64,000 nt of DNA from Octopus sinensis (Eukaryota). Positions 12,630 to 27,182 of this stretch are shown in pieces (position 1 is the first letter of the stretch; each line of letters opens with the position of its first letter). The stretch lies in the NCBI RefSeq assembly GCF_006345805.1, contig NC_043015.1:43214001-43278000 (forward strand), in the 5' to 3' direction. The notes beneath the pieces are model-generated. The model was not told the DNA's origin. It ran no database searches and saw only the letters and a program-made list of their open reading frames with translations. Both the position numbers and the translations under genes were made by a program.

Positions 12630-12945
12630 ATAGATATGCTTCTTTATTAGCCACACAGGGCTGCACACAGACAGAACAAATTACAAGGTAGAGCTTTTCT
12701 TTTGGGGGTAAAAAAAAAAAAAAGGGGGTTGGTTTGCGATCAAAAGGGATCATAAAAGGAAAGAAAGAGGACAAAAAAGGGGAGGATATAAAAAAAAAAA
12801 TTTTTTAAAGGGGGGGGAGAAAAGGGGAGAGGAAAAAATAAGTTGATCAATAGGGATCGTAATCACAGAAATGTCAATATGAAGTGTAAAGGGGAGGACA
12901 GGTGAAAGAAAAACCTATGGAAAAGACCACGGTAACCTCGGTCAA
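12630..12945 (-). mobile_element. 3' UTR of a Tx1/L1-like LINE next to (GATA)n
   Basis: Minus strand ends GTGTGGCTAATAAAGAAGC then TATC-type repeats; homologous to 63497-63759 and 45070-45260. Confidence 0.6.
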
Positions 12946-13198
12946 TGAAGTCACATGTTATATTTCTTTTTTTTTTTTGCAAATAAGCAACTCTCTGTAT
13001 TAATTTTTATGGTTCATAGAATCATAGTCAAGGTGGCTTCGTCATTCATACGTGCCATCCTTGCTACATTCACCCATCTTTTTTTAAAACATTCACTAGA
13101 CAAAACTTGCTTCTCTACTCATAGATATATAGATAAATAGACATGCAAATAGATAGATAGATAAATAGATAGATAGATAGATTGATAGACAGACTGAC

Positions 13199-13237
<39 letters not shown>

Positions 13238-13251
13238 CAGATAGATAGATA

Positions 13252-13295
<44 letters not shown>

Positions 13296-13897
13296 ACAGA
13301 CAGACAGACAAATAGATAGATAGCTATACTCATGTTTGGAGTTATATTTTCCTGTTTGTATTAACCACTTATATATGCATACATACACACACATACATTT
13401 ATACAGGGATGCATATGTATGTACAGGTGTGTGTGTGTGTATGTGCATGTGTGTGCATGTGTGCGTGTGTATGTGTGTGTGTGTGTCCACTTTGTAATGC
13501 AAGAGAAGCATCTGCACGGCTCTGATAGCAAATACAGCAAAAAGAAGTACAAGACAAAAACAAAAAACAAAACAAAAAGAAGTTAAACAAAGACAAACGA
13601 ACAAAAAAAGGTAGAACGGAGACACAAAATTAACAGACATGTCTAACATCCTCCTCTTCTCCCGCACCTCCATCTTTTGTTTGATGTCTGACAACTTTTA
13701 TTTCCTTCCTTGATCAGGAATGGTCAAATGTGTTTTGGAGACATGTCCTGCAAATTATCTCTCGCAGATCTGCAAACACTGACAGAAAACAATCCATTTA
13801 TTGTCATCATTCGCTTATTCAGTTCAGTTTCTGTTGTTTTATGTGTACACACCACCACATATGTATATATACACACACTCATACATATATATGTGTA

Positions 13898-13934
<37 letters not shown>

Positions 13935-14109
13935 ACATATGTATATTAACATATGTATAAATGCATATATCTATATCTATCTATCTATATATATATAATA
14001 ATATATAATATATATATATATATATATTAAACATATGTATATATAAACATATGTATAAATGCATATATCTATATCTATCTATCTATATATATATATATTA
14101 TATATATAT

Positions 14110-14143
<34 letters not shown>

Positions 14144-14271
14144 GTCAGTAAATGGTGGAATTCTGTTAACCGCATGTGGAGAAATGATAGGAAAGGAAAA
14201 AATGATAATAATAATAAGTTTCAGTTTAGCATTCTACCTTATTATTATTGTTTTTGCCTTTCCTCACTCTC

Positions 14272-14306
<35 letters not shown>

Positions 14307-14312
<6 letters not shown>

Positions 14313-14912
14313 TCTAAATTATGCAAAAATGTAAATAACACTGACATCTCATTTTAACAGATATATTTACCAAAATTACAGAAAAATATCTTGAAATACT
14401 AAAGAGTAAATTTATTCAATAAAATCACCATTGGCTTCAAATCACGGCCTACGGACGACTTCGGAATCTCCAGCAACTCATCTGGACGGTCTCCTTGTTT
14501 AAGTTGGTGAATGCTGCCATAATCCTTGCCTTCAGTTCATCTTTGGTGTTACAAAGGGTTTTGTTGGTCTCTCACTTAACTGCGCCTCACACATAATAAT
14601 CAAGGGGATTGCAGTCTGGGGAGTTAGGTGGCCAGATACCAGGGGTGATGTGGTCACAGAAATTATCTGACACCCATGACTGAGTTCTCCTGCTTGTGTG
14701 GCATGGTGCAGAGTCCTGTTACCAGACAGGGTCTTCCAGCAGCCACCCTCTTGACCAAGGGTAGCATTGCTTCCTCCAGGCACTTGATATAGGCCTCCAT
14801 GTTGAGTCTGAAGCCATGTGGGAAGATGAATGGAGGCATAACGTCACTATTATTAGTGATCACTCCAAACACCATGATGTTGACTGGATGTTTGATTTTT
14901 TTCACTCTTGGC
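14307..14912 (-). pseudogene. Tc1/mariner maT (DD37D) transposase remnant with right end
   Basis: KHPVNIMVFGVIT...PPFIFPHG...RVAAGRP, then VW*QDSAPCHTSRRTQSW...WPPNSPDCNPLDYYV*; 37 residues between the last two Asp; stop at 14412; multiple stops and frameshifts. Confidence 0.9.
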
Positions 14913-15214
14913 ACATGCTCGCATTAGTACATGTTCATATTGGAGCTTGCGGTGCTTCATGTTAGAGCTTCCAGCATGAATGCTAAGCAGTACAGAATGT
15001 TGTTTCCAAGTTTCTAGCCAAGCGATTTGCCTCATGGTGCTGTTTTTCTCATAGATGGTGCCCAACTGACCCTACTATACTATGTAGTTAACAAAATCAA
15101 AAACCAGTTTGCTGGAGAGCTGCACCAGGCTCCAGTCTGATTTGACTGGATGCCCTTCCTAATGCCAACCACTTTACATAATGTGCTGAGTGCTTTCTTG
15201 TGGCACTGGCATGA

Positions 15215-15245
15215 GTGCATATATATATATGTATATATATATATG

Positions 15246-15294
<49 letters not shown>

Positions 15295-15295
15295 G

Positions 15296-15342
<47 letters not shown>

Positions 15343-15344
15343 TA

Positions 15345-15378
<34 letters not shown>

Positions 15379-15414
15379 ATGTATGTATATGTATGTATGT
15401 ATATATTATATATG

Positions 15415-15493
<79 letters not shown>

Positions 15494-15500
15494 ATGTATG

Positions 15501-15548
<48 letters not shown>

Positions 15549-15830
15549 TTATACCCATTTTTATACTCTTACTGTTATCATCATTATTATTATTGCTTTG
15601 TTTTTTCTTTTCTCTATTTTTCTTTCCAATTTTTTCACAAATCCTTCCTTCTTTCTTTCCTTCCTTCATTCATTCCTTCCTTCTTTTCCTCCTTCGTATT
15701 TCCTTCCTTCCTTCCTTCATTCATTCATTCTTTCCTACCTTCTTTTTACGCCTTCGTTTTCCCTTCCTTCCTTCCTTCCTTTCTTTTTCCTTTCCTTATT
15801 TTTTAATTCTTTCTTCTTCCCATTCATTCA
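15215..15830. repeat. (TA)n/(TATG)n tract followed by (CCTT/CATT)n
   Basis: Directly visible. Confidence 0.9.
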
Positions 15831-16724
15831 ATCCTTTTCATCATTTCCTTATTCTTCCTTTATTCCACCCTCTCCTTCATTCACTGGCTAGTTACACCCT
15901 TTATTTCTTTCATTCTTTTTTCCCTTCATCTCTTCCAAACATTCATTCATTATTCTTTCATTCTCCCTACCTCATAATCTATCTCACTTTCTCTCTCTTT
16001 CACTCTTTCTTTAACCTCTTTCTTTTCCATTCACTCTCATTCATCCTTTCATACATCCCTTCAAACACATTTCTAGCTTTTTTTCCCCCCTTTTACCATT
16101 TATTTGCACTGTTCCATTAACTCTCTTTGACTTGTTTTCCTTATTAGGAGATATTCTTTCATATCTCTATGGATGCGCAATCATTATCAAGGACTTTGTC
16201 AACCACTTTTTTTCCTCTTCTAGAACAGTCTTCCCATATCTTCCGTCATTTAAATTCCCAAGTTTGAATCTATCAGAACAGAGATGGTTGCTGTTAGCAT
16301 TCATTATATCTTGTTCTTTGCTAAACTCAGGTCAACCTAGGTCAAACATAACTAATGATCAAAGCCTTCCAAGAAATCAATTCAGCATTTTTCTCCAAAC
16401 ATTGATTACCCAGGACCACATTATCCAATGTGCTTTTTAAGCTAAAACTGTTACTTTAATATGAGGCCCTGATAAAATGCAAAGTCTAATTTGTGGGAGA
16501 TTTGCCTGCTATTTCTAGCAGCTTGTGTGGTCACGTCCAGTGTTTTCTGGTCGTTGTTACTGCTTCCTCCAAAGTCATCTCTGATTCAGCAAACATTTGA
16601 ACAAAGGATGAAAGACAAAGTCGACCATGGCGGAATTTGAACTCAGAACACGAAGACGGATGAAATACTTCTAAGCATTTTTCCCGGTGTGCTAACAGTT
16701 CTGCCAGCTCACTGGCTTGCTATA

Positions 16725-17135
16725 ATCTCTTTACTTACTCGTTTCAGTCATTTGACTGCGGCCATGCTGGAGCACCGCCTTTAGTCGAGCAAATCGACCC
16801 CGGGACTTATTCTTTGTAAGGCCAGTACTTATTCTATCGGTCTCTCTTGCCGAACTGCTAAGTGATGGGGACGTAAACACACCAGCATCGGTTGTCAAGC
16901 AATGCTAGGGGGACAAACACAGACACACAAACATATACACACACATACATACATACATATATATATACGACACGCTTCTTTCAGTTTCCGTCTACCAAAT
17001 CCACTCACAAGGCATTGGTCGGCCCTAGGCTATAGCAGAAGATATTTGCCTAAGGTGCCATGCAGTGGGACTGAACCCGGAAACATGTGGTTGGTAAGCA
17101 AGCTACTTACCACACAGCCACTCCTGCGCCTATGG
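16725..17135 (-). mobile_element. SINE family B, full length
   Basis: From head TAGGCGCAGGAGTGGCTGTGTGGTAAG to tail ...GACTGAAACGAGTAAGTAAAGAG. Confidence 0.9.
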
Positions 17136-17784
17136 GTAGAAATATTAACAGACTGGACATTGAATTGAAGAGAATGGGATGAGAGACTGTGGTTGAGTAA
17201 AGACGAAGATAAAATTTAGAGGCAAATACAACCAAATTTAAGCCGTCAATTTACATACACACACACACACACACATACACACAAATATATATATATATAT
17301 ATATATATAGCATGTACAAAATTTAAATTTAAATTATTTAAAAAAAATATAAATCTTTGGACTTTTTACAAATATGCTAGACCACTGGTTTTAATTGATT
17401 AATATCAATTTCTACCCTTATTTAATTTTATATAGCATGTATATGTATATATGTATGTACATATTCATGCATTCTGTAGTTTGCCATCCAGTTGATAGAT
17501 TAACATAGGTAAAAATAGACATGTGTGTATGTAGAGAAATATATATGCAAATATATGTGTGAGTGTGTGGTGTGTGTGTATACGTATACATATATGTATG
17601 TATGTATGTATATATACGCACACATGCATACACATATACTTGTACATATATATATACATACATGTTCATGTACATATGTATGTACATGTGGTTGTATATT
17701 TATGTATGTGTCTATATGTTTATATGTATATGTATATATAGATATGACTGGATGCTTCTCTATGTATGTTTATACATACATGAG

Positions 17785-17824
<40 letters not shown>

Positions 17825-18164
17825 TATATATATATGCATATGTATGTGTGTGTGTATGTATTTGTATGTGTTTACATACACAAACACACACATCACATAC
17901 ATGCAAAAGTTTATATAAGTATTCATAAACTCACACACACACACACACACAACACATTCACACACACACACACAACACACACACACACACACACGTGCAC
18001 ACACCCTCTAAACAACCCTCTCCCCAGCAGCTCAGATAAACATTCAGCTCAAACAAAGATGCAAGGAAAGACTCGAAAGCATTCGAGAAAGAGTTTTCTT
18101 CATTCTGTTCAACCTTCTTCTCTTGATCTCTTTGTTATTTACACATATTTTTACCTTACTTGCA

Positions 18165-18166
18165 TC

Positions 18167-18209
<43 letters not shown>

Positions 18210-18745
18210 TTGGTGGTGGTGGTAGTAGTAATGATGGTGATGGTGGTGGTGATGGTGGTGGTAATGGTAGTAGTAGCAGTGATGTTGGTGGTGATGGTGG
18301 TGGTGGTGATGGTAGTTGTGGTGGTGATGGTGGTAGTAGTAGTAGTGATTGATGGTGGTGATGGTAGTAGTAATGAGGGTAGTGGTGGTGGTGGTGATGG
18401 TAGTAGTAGTAGATGTAGTAGTAGTAATAGTTGTAATAGTAGTGGTGTTGGTGTTGGTGGTGGTAGTAATAGTAGTAGTAGTAGTAGTGTTGGTGTTGGT
18501 GGTGTTGTTGTTGTTGGTGGTGGTGGTGATGGTTGTAGTAGTGTTGGTGGTGGCATTGTTGTTGTTGGTGGTGGTAGTAGTAGTGGTGATAGTAGCAGTA
18601 CTTGTAGTAGTAGCTAGTGGTGGTAGTGGTGGCAGTAGTAGTAATACTAGTAGTAGTGTTGGTGATGGTGTTAGCAGTCTTGGTAGTAGTAGTAGTAGTA
18701 GTGGTGGTGGTGGTGGTGGTGGTGGTAGTAGTAGTAGTAGTAGTC
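18165..18745. repeat. (GTA/GGT/GAT)n trinucleotide tract
   Basis: Directly visible. Confidence 0.95.
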
Positions 18746-18864
18746 ATAGCCATCCATTGTTTATTTAGGAACATACCTGTTGCATTAACTTCTAATGTCT
18801 TTGCATTGGGTCGAAATTCGATGCAGTCTGAAGAATGAAAGTTGATATTTATTTAAACTTCAGG

Positions 18865-19445
18865 TCCAGGCTGAGGCAGAGGATTGGCTGTGTGGTTAAG
18901 ACGCTTTGGTTTGGAACCATGGCTGCTTTGGTGGTTAGGAATTGTGGCACCTGTGCCGGTGGCATGTATAAAAGATTCGAGCGAGGTCGTTGCCAGTACT
19001 GCCTGACTGGCCCCCATGCCGGTGGCACGTAAAGGCACCCTATTTCTTTACTACCCACAAGGGACTAAACACAGAGGGGACAAACGGATTAAGTCGATTA
19101 TATCGACCCTAGTGCGTAACTGGTACTTATTTAATCGACCCCGAAAGGATGAAAGGCAAAGTCGACCTTGACGGAATTTGAACTCAGAACGTAACCGCAA
19201 GCGAAATGCTGCTAAACATTTCGCCCGGCGTGCTAACGATTCTACCAGCTCGCCGCACATAAAAGCACCCACTACAGTCTCGGAGTGGTTGGCGTAAGGA
19301 AGGGCATCCAGCTGTAGAAACACTGCCAGATCAAGATTGGAGCCTGGTGCAGCCATCTGGTTCGCCAGCCCTCAGTCAAAATCGTCCAACCCATGCTAGC
19401 ATGGAAAGCGGACGTTAAACGATGATGATGATGATGATGATGATG
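18865..19445 (+). mobile_element. SINE-B-like head joined to RTE 3' UTR, interrupted by a SINE-A copy (about 19040-19255, minus)
   Basis: Head TTGGCTGTGTGGTTAAG; RTE-tail sequence breaks at AAGGCACCC and resumes at AAAAGCACCCACTAC; (GAT)n tail. Confidence 0.75.
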
Positions 19446-19589
19446 AAGTGGTTCCACTGCATAAACACTGTCATCTGATCTGGTGTCTTCTATAATAGCC
19501 AAGGGGTCACCAGCACGTTGTGACTGGCCGATGGGCAAAAACTGAAGAAGCCAGTGTATGCAGACGCACATATATATGTATACTCTTAC

Positions 19590-19980
19590 TCTTTCTCTCT
19601 TTTACTTGTTTCAGTCATTTGACTGCAGCCATGCTGGAGCACTGACTTTTTTAGTAGAGCAAATCGACCCCAGGATTTATTCTTTGTAAGCCTAGTACTT
19701 ATTCTATCGGTCTTTTTTGCCAAACCGCTAAGAGACAAGGACGTAAACATACCAGCATCGGTTGACAAACACAGACACACAAACACACACACACATATAT
19801 ATATACATATACACGACGGGCTTCTTTCAGTTTCCGTTTACCAAAACCACTCACAAGTCATTGGTCGGCCTGAGGCTATAGTAGAAGACACTTGCCCAAG
19901 GTGCCATGCAGTGACACTGAACCTGGAACCGTGTGGTTGGTAAGCAAGCCACTTACCACACAGCCACTTCTGTGCCTATG
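19590..19980 (-). mobile_element. SINE family B
   Basis: Full head-to-tail match. Confidence 0.85.
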
Positions 19981-20209
19981 TATGAATGTTTAAGGGAAAG
20001 AAAGGTTCATGATAGTGGTTGAGTATACCTTCTCTTATTATAATTATTTTCTGTCTTTAGGATCTGGATGGCGAAAGAAGCTCACAAGCGGATGCACGTC
20101 AAAGGTGACATTGGAGGTTGGCACGGGTCCGCTGTATTGCTGGTGTCCTGTCAAACCGTCCAACTCATACCAGTATGGGAAACAGAAACGGATGCTGAAA
20201 TTGAGCAGT

Positions 20210-20402
20210 GATGATGATGATGAGGAGGAGGAGGAGGAAGATGATGATGATGATGATGATGATGATGATAATGGTGATGATGACGACGATGATGATGATT
20301 ATAATGATGATGATGATGGTGACGATGACGATGTTGATGATGATGATGATGACGATGTCGATGATGATGATGATGATGTCAATGATGATGATGACGATGA
20401 TA

Positions 20403-20440
<38 letters not shown>

Positions 20441-20665
20441 GTTGATGTTGATGATGATGATGTTGATGATGTTGATGATGATGATGATGACAGTGGTGTA
20501 GATGATGATGATGATGATTATTGTAGAAGACACTATCATCATCATCATCATCATCATGATAGTGATGGTGATAGTGATGGTGAGGATAATGATGTTGGTG
20601 ATGGTGATGACGATAACAATAATGATGATGATGACGATGACGACGATGGTGATGATGATGATAGC
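20210..20665. repeat. (GAT/GAC)n tract
   Basis: Directly visible; source of the poly-D ORF. Confidence 0.95.
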
Positions 20666-20997
20666 CGATGTTAAATTTAGCTTTAGTAGTACACATAATT
20701 TCGTCACAGAAATAGCGAACATCAAGAGTAAAAGGAAAAGAAAAAAAAAATATTCTTGAATAACAGTCGTCTCCATATTTAACACATCCCCTCGCCTCCC
20801 CCTCCCCCTCCGCCTCCCGTCTTCATGGAACTCTTAACCTCCGTAAAATGTCCATTAAATAATTCGTGCCATTTTCAAATCAATAAGTTTATTGTGTAAA
20901 AGTATTTCCATCTGATAATTTGGTTTCTAAAGATTATATTGGATTAACTGAAAATAGATTTAAGAAGCAATGTGTCATCATCATAATCGACATCATC

Positions 20998-21037
<40 letters not shown>

Positions 21038-21278
21038 CCACTGCTACCATCATCATCATCATCATCATGGTCATCATCATCATTTTCATCATTATCATTA
21101 TCATTATAGGCACAGGAATGGCTGTGTAGTAAGTAGCTTGCTTACAAATCACATGGTTCCAGGTTCAGTCCCACTGCGTGGCACCTTAGGCAAGTGCTTT
21201 CTACTATAGCCTCGGGCCAACCAAAGCCTTGTGAGTGGATTTGGTAGACAGAAACTGAAAGAAGCCCGTCGTATATTG

Positions 21279-21329
<51 letters not shown>

Positions 21330-21468
21330 ATTAAATTAGAGATAAAACCACTAGTAGGCAAATCAAACAATGAAAAACTTAAGCCAATACATAAAATTAA
21401 TTAATTTATATTATTTTAAATATATATCAAAAGTATTAATAGTTTAATAAAAGATAATAATGAGTAAA

Positions 21469-21535
21469 CACTACAATCGTTTCATGCTGTCCAATTCGTA
21501 ATATTCGAGTTATGGTTACAGTCAATCTTCAGGTA
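21469..21535 (-). ncRNA. Type I hammerhead ribozyme motif with extended stem II (slightly decayed)
   Basis: Minus strand: TAC-CTGAAGA-TTGACTGT...ACAGCAT-GAAAC-GATT-GTA-GTG. Confidence 0.6.
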
Positions 21536-22651
21536 ATGAAATATCTAAAATATAATCAGAAATATTTAAAACAATATTTTTAAGATATAAATAATATAAT
21601 TATTTTACTTATTATAAATTCTATTATCAAACTAGAAACATAGAACTTAACAATTATGATTATATCAAAATCGACTATAATGTTAAATATTAATTTTTAA
21701 TTTATAAGGTAGGAGACCCACCCATAATCTAATATCGGTATTAGTCTATATCTAATTACATAAATATTTAAAAATGACTAATATATATATTATCAATGGA
21801 AATATATAAATGTATATAATTATTTAATAAGATCTAAAATAATCTCTATAAATAAATATATATGGCACATATAATAAAAACCTAATAAATTTAATTTTCA
21901 TATTTAAAGATGAAATAGCTAATTTCAAAATACAAATAAACAAACTTAAACAAACTTTCTGAAATCTTATGTAAAATACTTTTAGAAATAATCAATTCGT
22001 AGTAATATTGTATCGAATAATACTATAAATACTATAAATATAATTATCAATGGGAATAACTAGCGAATATCAATTAAAGAAATAACTAAGTTATGCTATT
22101 AAATAGACATGGCCTGGACCAATCTTTGGTCGAAACATATCTGTTTTATCAAAGTTTATCAAATTTAATTAAATTTAAAATACATTAATACTATTAAAAC
22201 ATATATATATGTATGTATGTGTGTGTGTGTTTGTGTGTCTGTGTTTGTCCCCCCAACATCGCTTGACAACTGATGCTGGTGTGTTTACGTCCCCGTCACT
22301 TAGCGGTTCGGCAAAAGAGGCCGATAGAATAAGTACTGAGCTTACAAAGAATAAGTCCCGGGGTCGATTTGCTCAACTATAAAGGCGGTGCTCCAGCATG
22401 GCCGCAGTCAAATGACTGAAACAAGTAAAAGAGTAAGAGTATTATCATCACCACCATCACTACCTTCGTCATCATCATCATCGTCGATTGTCGTCATCAT
22501 CATCATCATCATGGCCATCATCATCATCATCATCATCATCATCTTCATCATTACCATTATCATCATCATCACCACCATCACTACTGTCGTCATCATCATC
22601 ATCATGGTCATCATCATCATCATCATCATCATCATCTTCATCATTATCATT

Positions 22652-22688
<37 letters not shown>

Positions 22689-22854
22689 CTACCGTCGTCA
22701 TCATCATCATCGTCATGGTCGTCATCATCATCATCAGAGATGCTAAATGCAGGCTAACTGTAGGAAAGGGTTTTGCTTTGGAGTTGCTGGTATTTTGATC
22801 AAAATAAGACTGCAAATACTTATTGTTAAGTTGTATTTAGTTCGCCAGTTTCAC

Positions 22855-23090
22855 ACACACACACACACATACACACACACACGCTCACACACACATGCTC
22901 ACACACACATGCTCACACACACACACGCTCACACACACACACATGCTCACACACACATGCTCACACACACACATGCTCACACACACACACATGCTCACAC
23001 ACACACACATGCTCACACACACACATGCTCACACACACACTCACACACACACATGCTCACACACACTCATGCTCACACACACACACACAC
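22855..23090. repeat. (CA)n-ATGCT minisatellite, 12-18 bp units
   Basis: Repeated CACACACATGCT. Confidence 0.9.
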
Positions 23091-23163
23091 AAACACACAT
23101 TAATACACATGTGAAATCAAATATCAAACTCTTTTGTTTTCAAAATATTATCATTCACTTAAC

Positions 23164-23209
<46 letters not shown>

Positions 23210-23984
23210 ACACACATAGGCACACACACACACACCACATACACATGCACACTTGCACACACATATCACACCAGCATATAAAACGGCAGTTAAAGGATGA
23301 TGATGATGATGATGATGCCGGTATGCTGCTGCTGCTGCTGATGATGATGATGGTTGTGGTGGTGGTGGTGGTAGTGGTGGTGGTGGTGGTGGTGGTGGTG
23401 GTGGTGGTGATGGTGGTGGTGATGGTGATGATGATGATGATGATATATATCTATGAATGCTTTCCTTTTTTTTTCCTTACCCCTTTTTTTTTATTTTAGT
23501 CCATTTCTCCATGCTTGCCCTCTTTGATACCAGCCTTTATTTCCTCTTCCAAATAAAGGATAACATATTCTACATGTCCTTGAAACAGGATATTGTTCAT
23601 GTGAAACTGTCAATGACACCGATTTCATCACCCCAAGAATTGTAAACAAACATGCATGTATGCACACGCATTCACACTCACACACACACATGCACATACA
23701 CGCATGTATATGCACGCACATGTATAAACGTATATAAATACACATGCATACGCATGAGTGTACGTACAGATATATATATATATTCTTTTCTACTCTAGGT
23801 ACAATGCCCAAAATTTTTTTGGTGGTGGCAGTCAATTAGAGTGACCCCAGTATGCAACTGGTACTTAATTTATCGACCCCGAAAGGATAAAAGGCAAAGT
23901 CGACCTCGGTAGAATTTGAGCTCAGAACATAAAGACACAGACATATATATATCTTATATTATATAATGTTATATTATATTATAC

Positions 23985-24395
23985 TCTCTTTACTGGTTTC
24001 AGTCATTTGACTGTGGCCATGCTGGAGCACCACCTTTAGTTGAGCAAATCGACCCCAGGACTTATTCTTTATAAGCCTAGTACTTATTCTATCGGTCTCG
24101 TTTTGCTGAACTGCTAAGTTACGGGGACGTAAACACGCCAGCATTGGTTGACAAATGATGTTGGGGTAACGAACACACACACTCATATAATATATATATA
24201 TATATATATATTATATACACACACACATATACGATGGGCTTCTTTCAGTTTCCGTCTACCAAATCCACTCACAAGGCTTTGGTCGGCCCGAGGCTATAGC
24301 AGAAGACACTTGCCGAAGGTGCCATGCAGTGGGACTGAACCCAGAACCATGTCGTTGGTAAAGAAGCTACATACCACACAGCCACTCCTGTGCCT
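23985..24395 (-). mobile_element. SINE family B, full length
   Basis: Full match. Confidence 0.9.
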
Positions 24396-24551
24396 ATATA
24401 TTGCCAGTGGACCATATATTCAAAAACAGAAGCATACTCTAAAGAATAGAGTAGTCTAAAAGAGCTAGCACTTTATGGATGCAAAACAATTGGTCACTCT
24501 ATCACCGGACATATATCTAACTATTGGTAAATATATATCTATATCTATATC

Positions 24552-24607
<56 letters not shown>

Positions 24608-24997
24608 CATCTATATATCATATATATATATATATATATATATATGTAAAAATCTATATAATACACACATGTGTATGCTAATAGTTGAAAGGTTTTTTTT
24701 TTCCAGCCTAAGGGAGGGAGAATGAACAATAACAAGGAAATGTTTGGATACTAATTACTATGGTCACTTAATTGGATGCTGTAGTCCCTTGTAGAACTGT
24801 CTCTGGCAAAAATTTGGAAAGATCAAAGCTGGAAATTCTTTGATCTTAGGTCTTGCTAGATTTGGGCTACAAAACAATATATGCATGCATACATATATAC
24901 ATAAAATACATACATACATTGCATGCATACATATATATATATCTATATATATATATATATATACATATATACATATAGATGTACACACATATAAACC

Positions 24998-25040
<43 letters not shown>

Positions 25041-25344
25041 GCTAAATGATGATGATGATGATGATATATATATGTATAATATATAATATATATATATCAA
25101 TGTATATATATGATATATATATATATATATATAATAATATAATATATATATATATATATAAATGTAGGTACTGTAATTTAGAGTGAATACTTGATAAGTG
25201 TAAGCACCTATATATGCCAGATAGTGCCAGAGGTGAGAGAGTATATATCAAATCTGTTTTTAATTTATATTTGATATATATGTATGTATGTATATATATG
25301 GATTCATATACATACACACACATACATATATGAATACATTTATG

Positions 25345-25376
<32 letters not shown>

Positions 25377-25520
25377 CATACATATATACATAGATACATA
25401 CATATATACATAGATACATATCTATATACATATATACACACACACACACACACACATATATATATGTATGTATGTATATATATATATATATATATATATA
25501 CCAAACAATTTATAGGTAAT

Positions 25521-25858
25521 GGTCATTACAAATGTTTCCTTTATTAGATCAAATTTGGCTTACAGTCGTTTCCTGTAGTGATTACAGGTACATTACTGAT
25601 AGGGTTACTAAATTGGTCTATTGATTAGTTGAGAAAAACTGAACAACCCAAAGAAATTAATACTACTTCCATCAGCCGTTTCTGGTTATAACAAAGCATA
25701 AGACTGTAGGAATGGCATTAATTTTGTTAGTTAGTTCAATTTTTCTCAGTTGATCAATAGACCAGTTGAATAAACCTATAAATGACGTACCTGTAATCAC
25801 AGCTGGAAACAGCTGTAAGCTAAAATTACTCTAATATAGGAAAAAATATGTAATGACC
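25521..25858. mobile_element. Degenerate fold-back element
   Basis: GGTCATTACA...GTGATTACAGGTAC versus GTACCTGTAATCAC...TGTAATGACC; GAAAC-AGCT-GTA at 25806-25817. Confidence 0.75.
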
Positions 25859-25929
25859 TTTATTTTTGATTTATTTTATATATTACTCAGTGTAAAAGTT
25901 ATTTTGTGTAGAGCCCATCCACTTCATCA

Positions 25930-26385
25930 TCATTATTTAATGTCCGCTTTCCATGCTAGCATGGGTTGGACGATTTGACTGAGGACTGGCGAACCAGATA
26001 GCTGCACCAGGCTCCAATCTGATCTGGCAGAGTTTCTACAGCCGGATGCCCTTCCTAAGACCAACCACTCTGACTGTGTAGTGGGTGCTTTTACATGCCA
26101 CCTGCACAAGGGCCAGTCAGGCAGTACTGGCAACGGCCACGCTCAAATGGTGTTTTTTATGTGCCACCTGCAAGAGAGTCAGTCCAGCGGCACTGGCAAC
26201 GACCTTGCTTGAATGTTTTTTCATGCGCCCCCTGGCACAAGTGCCAGTAAGGCAACGCTGGTAACGATCATGCTCGAATGGTGCTTTTTACGTGCCACCG
26301 GCATGGAAGCCAGTTAGCTGTTCTGGCAACGATCATGCTTGGATGGTGCTCTTAGCGCTCCACTAGCACGGATGCCAGTCATTGA
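25930..26385 (-). mobile_element. RTE-type 3' UTR fragment with internal tandem units
   Basis: Homologous to 6170-6500. Confidence 0.8.
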
Positions 26386-27182
26386 ACGGATTTACAAAAT
26401 AGAATTACGATGAACTATAACCTTTGAGCCTGCCATAAGAATTCTTAGAGTGAGCTCTTCACTAATCTAAACCATATTGTTACCCTGGTGTGCCAACAGA
26501 GAACTTGTGAAGTACTTTGCCTGGATTGATAATCCTTCACTATTAGCTATATACAAATATACATAATATAAATACTATATATATATATATCTATGCATAT
26601 ATACACACACATGTATATGCCTACATATATATGTATATATACATGTATATATAGGTACAGGGCATCAAAAAAATATGAACAAAATGGGAAACGAGAACAT
26701 AAAAAACAAATGCATAGAAAACGAACTTTTTTTGAAACAACGAAAGAAACAAATAGGGAAATGAGACAAGCAATGTAAAGAACATTCCCTTCATCAGTTG
26801 TCTCCTGTTTCATCTACTCTGCGTTTCGAAGGTATGGATGAGACACAACTTTGTTAAAACAGTCCTTCTCGCAAAGCAAATTAAATAAAATTGGGGATTT
26901 TTTTATGGAGGGTTAAAGTGGTAACAAAAACAGGACAGTAGACAAGAGCAAAACAACCGTGAGGGCTGTTTTATATATATATATATATATTATATTATAT
27001 ATATAATAATAATAAATATTGGGAATAAATCCAAATTTACGGGGAAAAATCAGATTTAGGATTAAATCCATTTTATAGTAAAATATTATATAATATTAAT
27101 TCGAGAAAAACACTATTTTTGCAAAACAAACAAGGAAAGACTTAATCAATACATAAAATTTTAATAATAAAAATAAACAACG

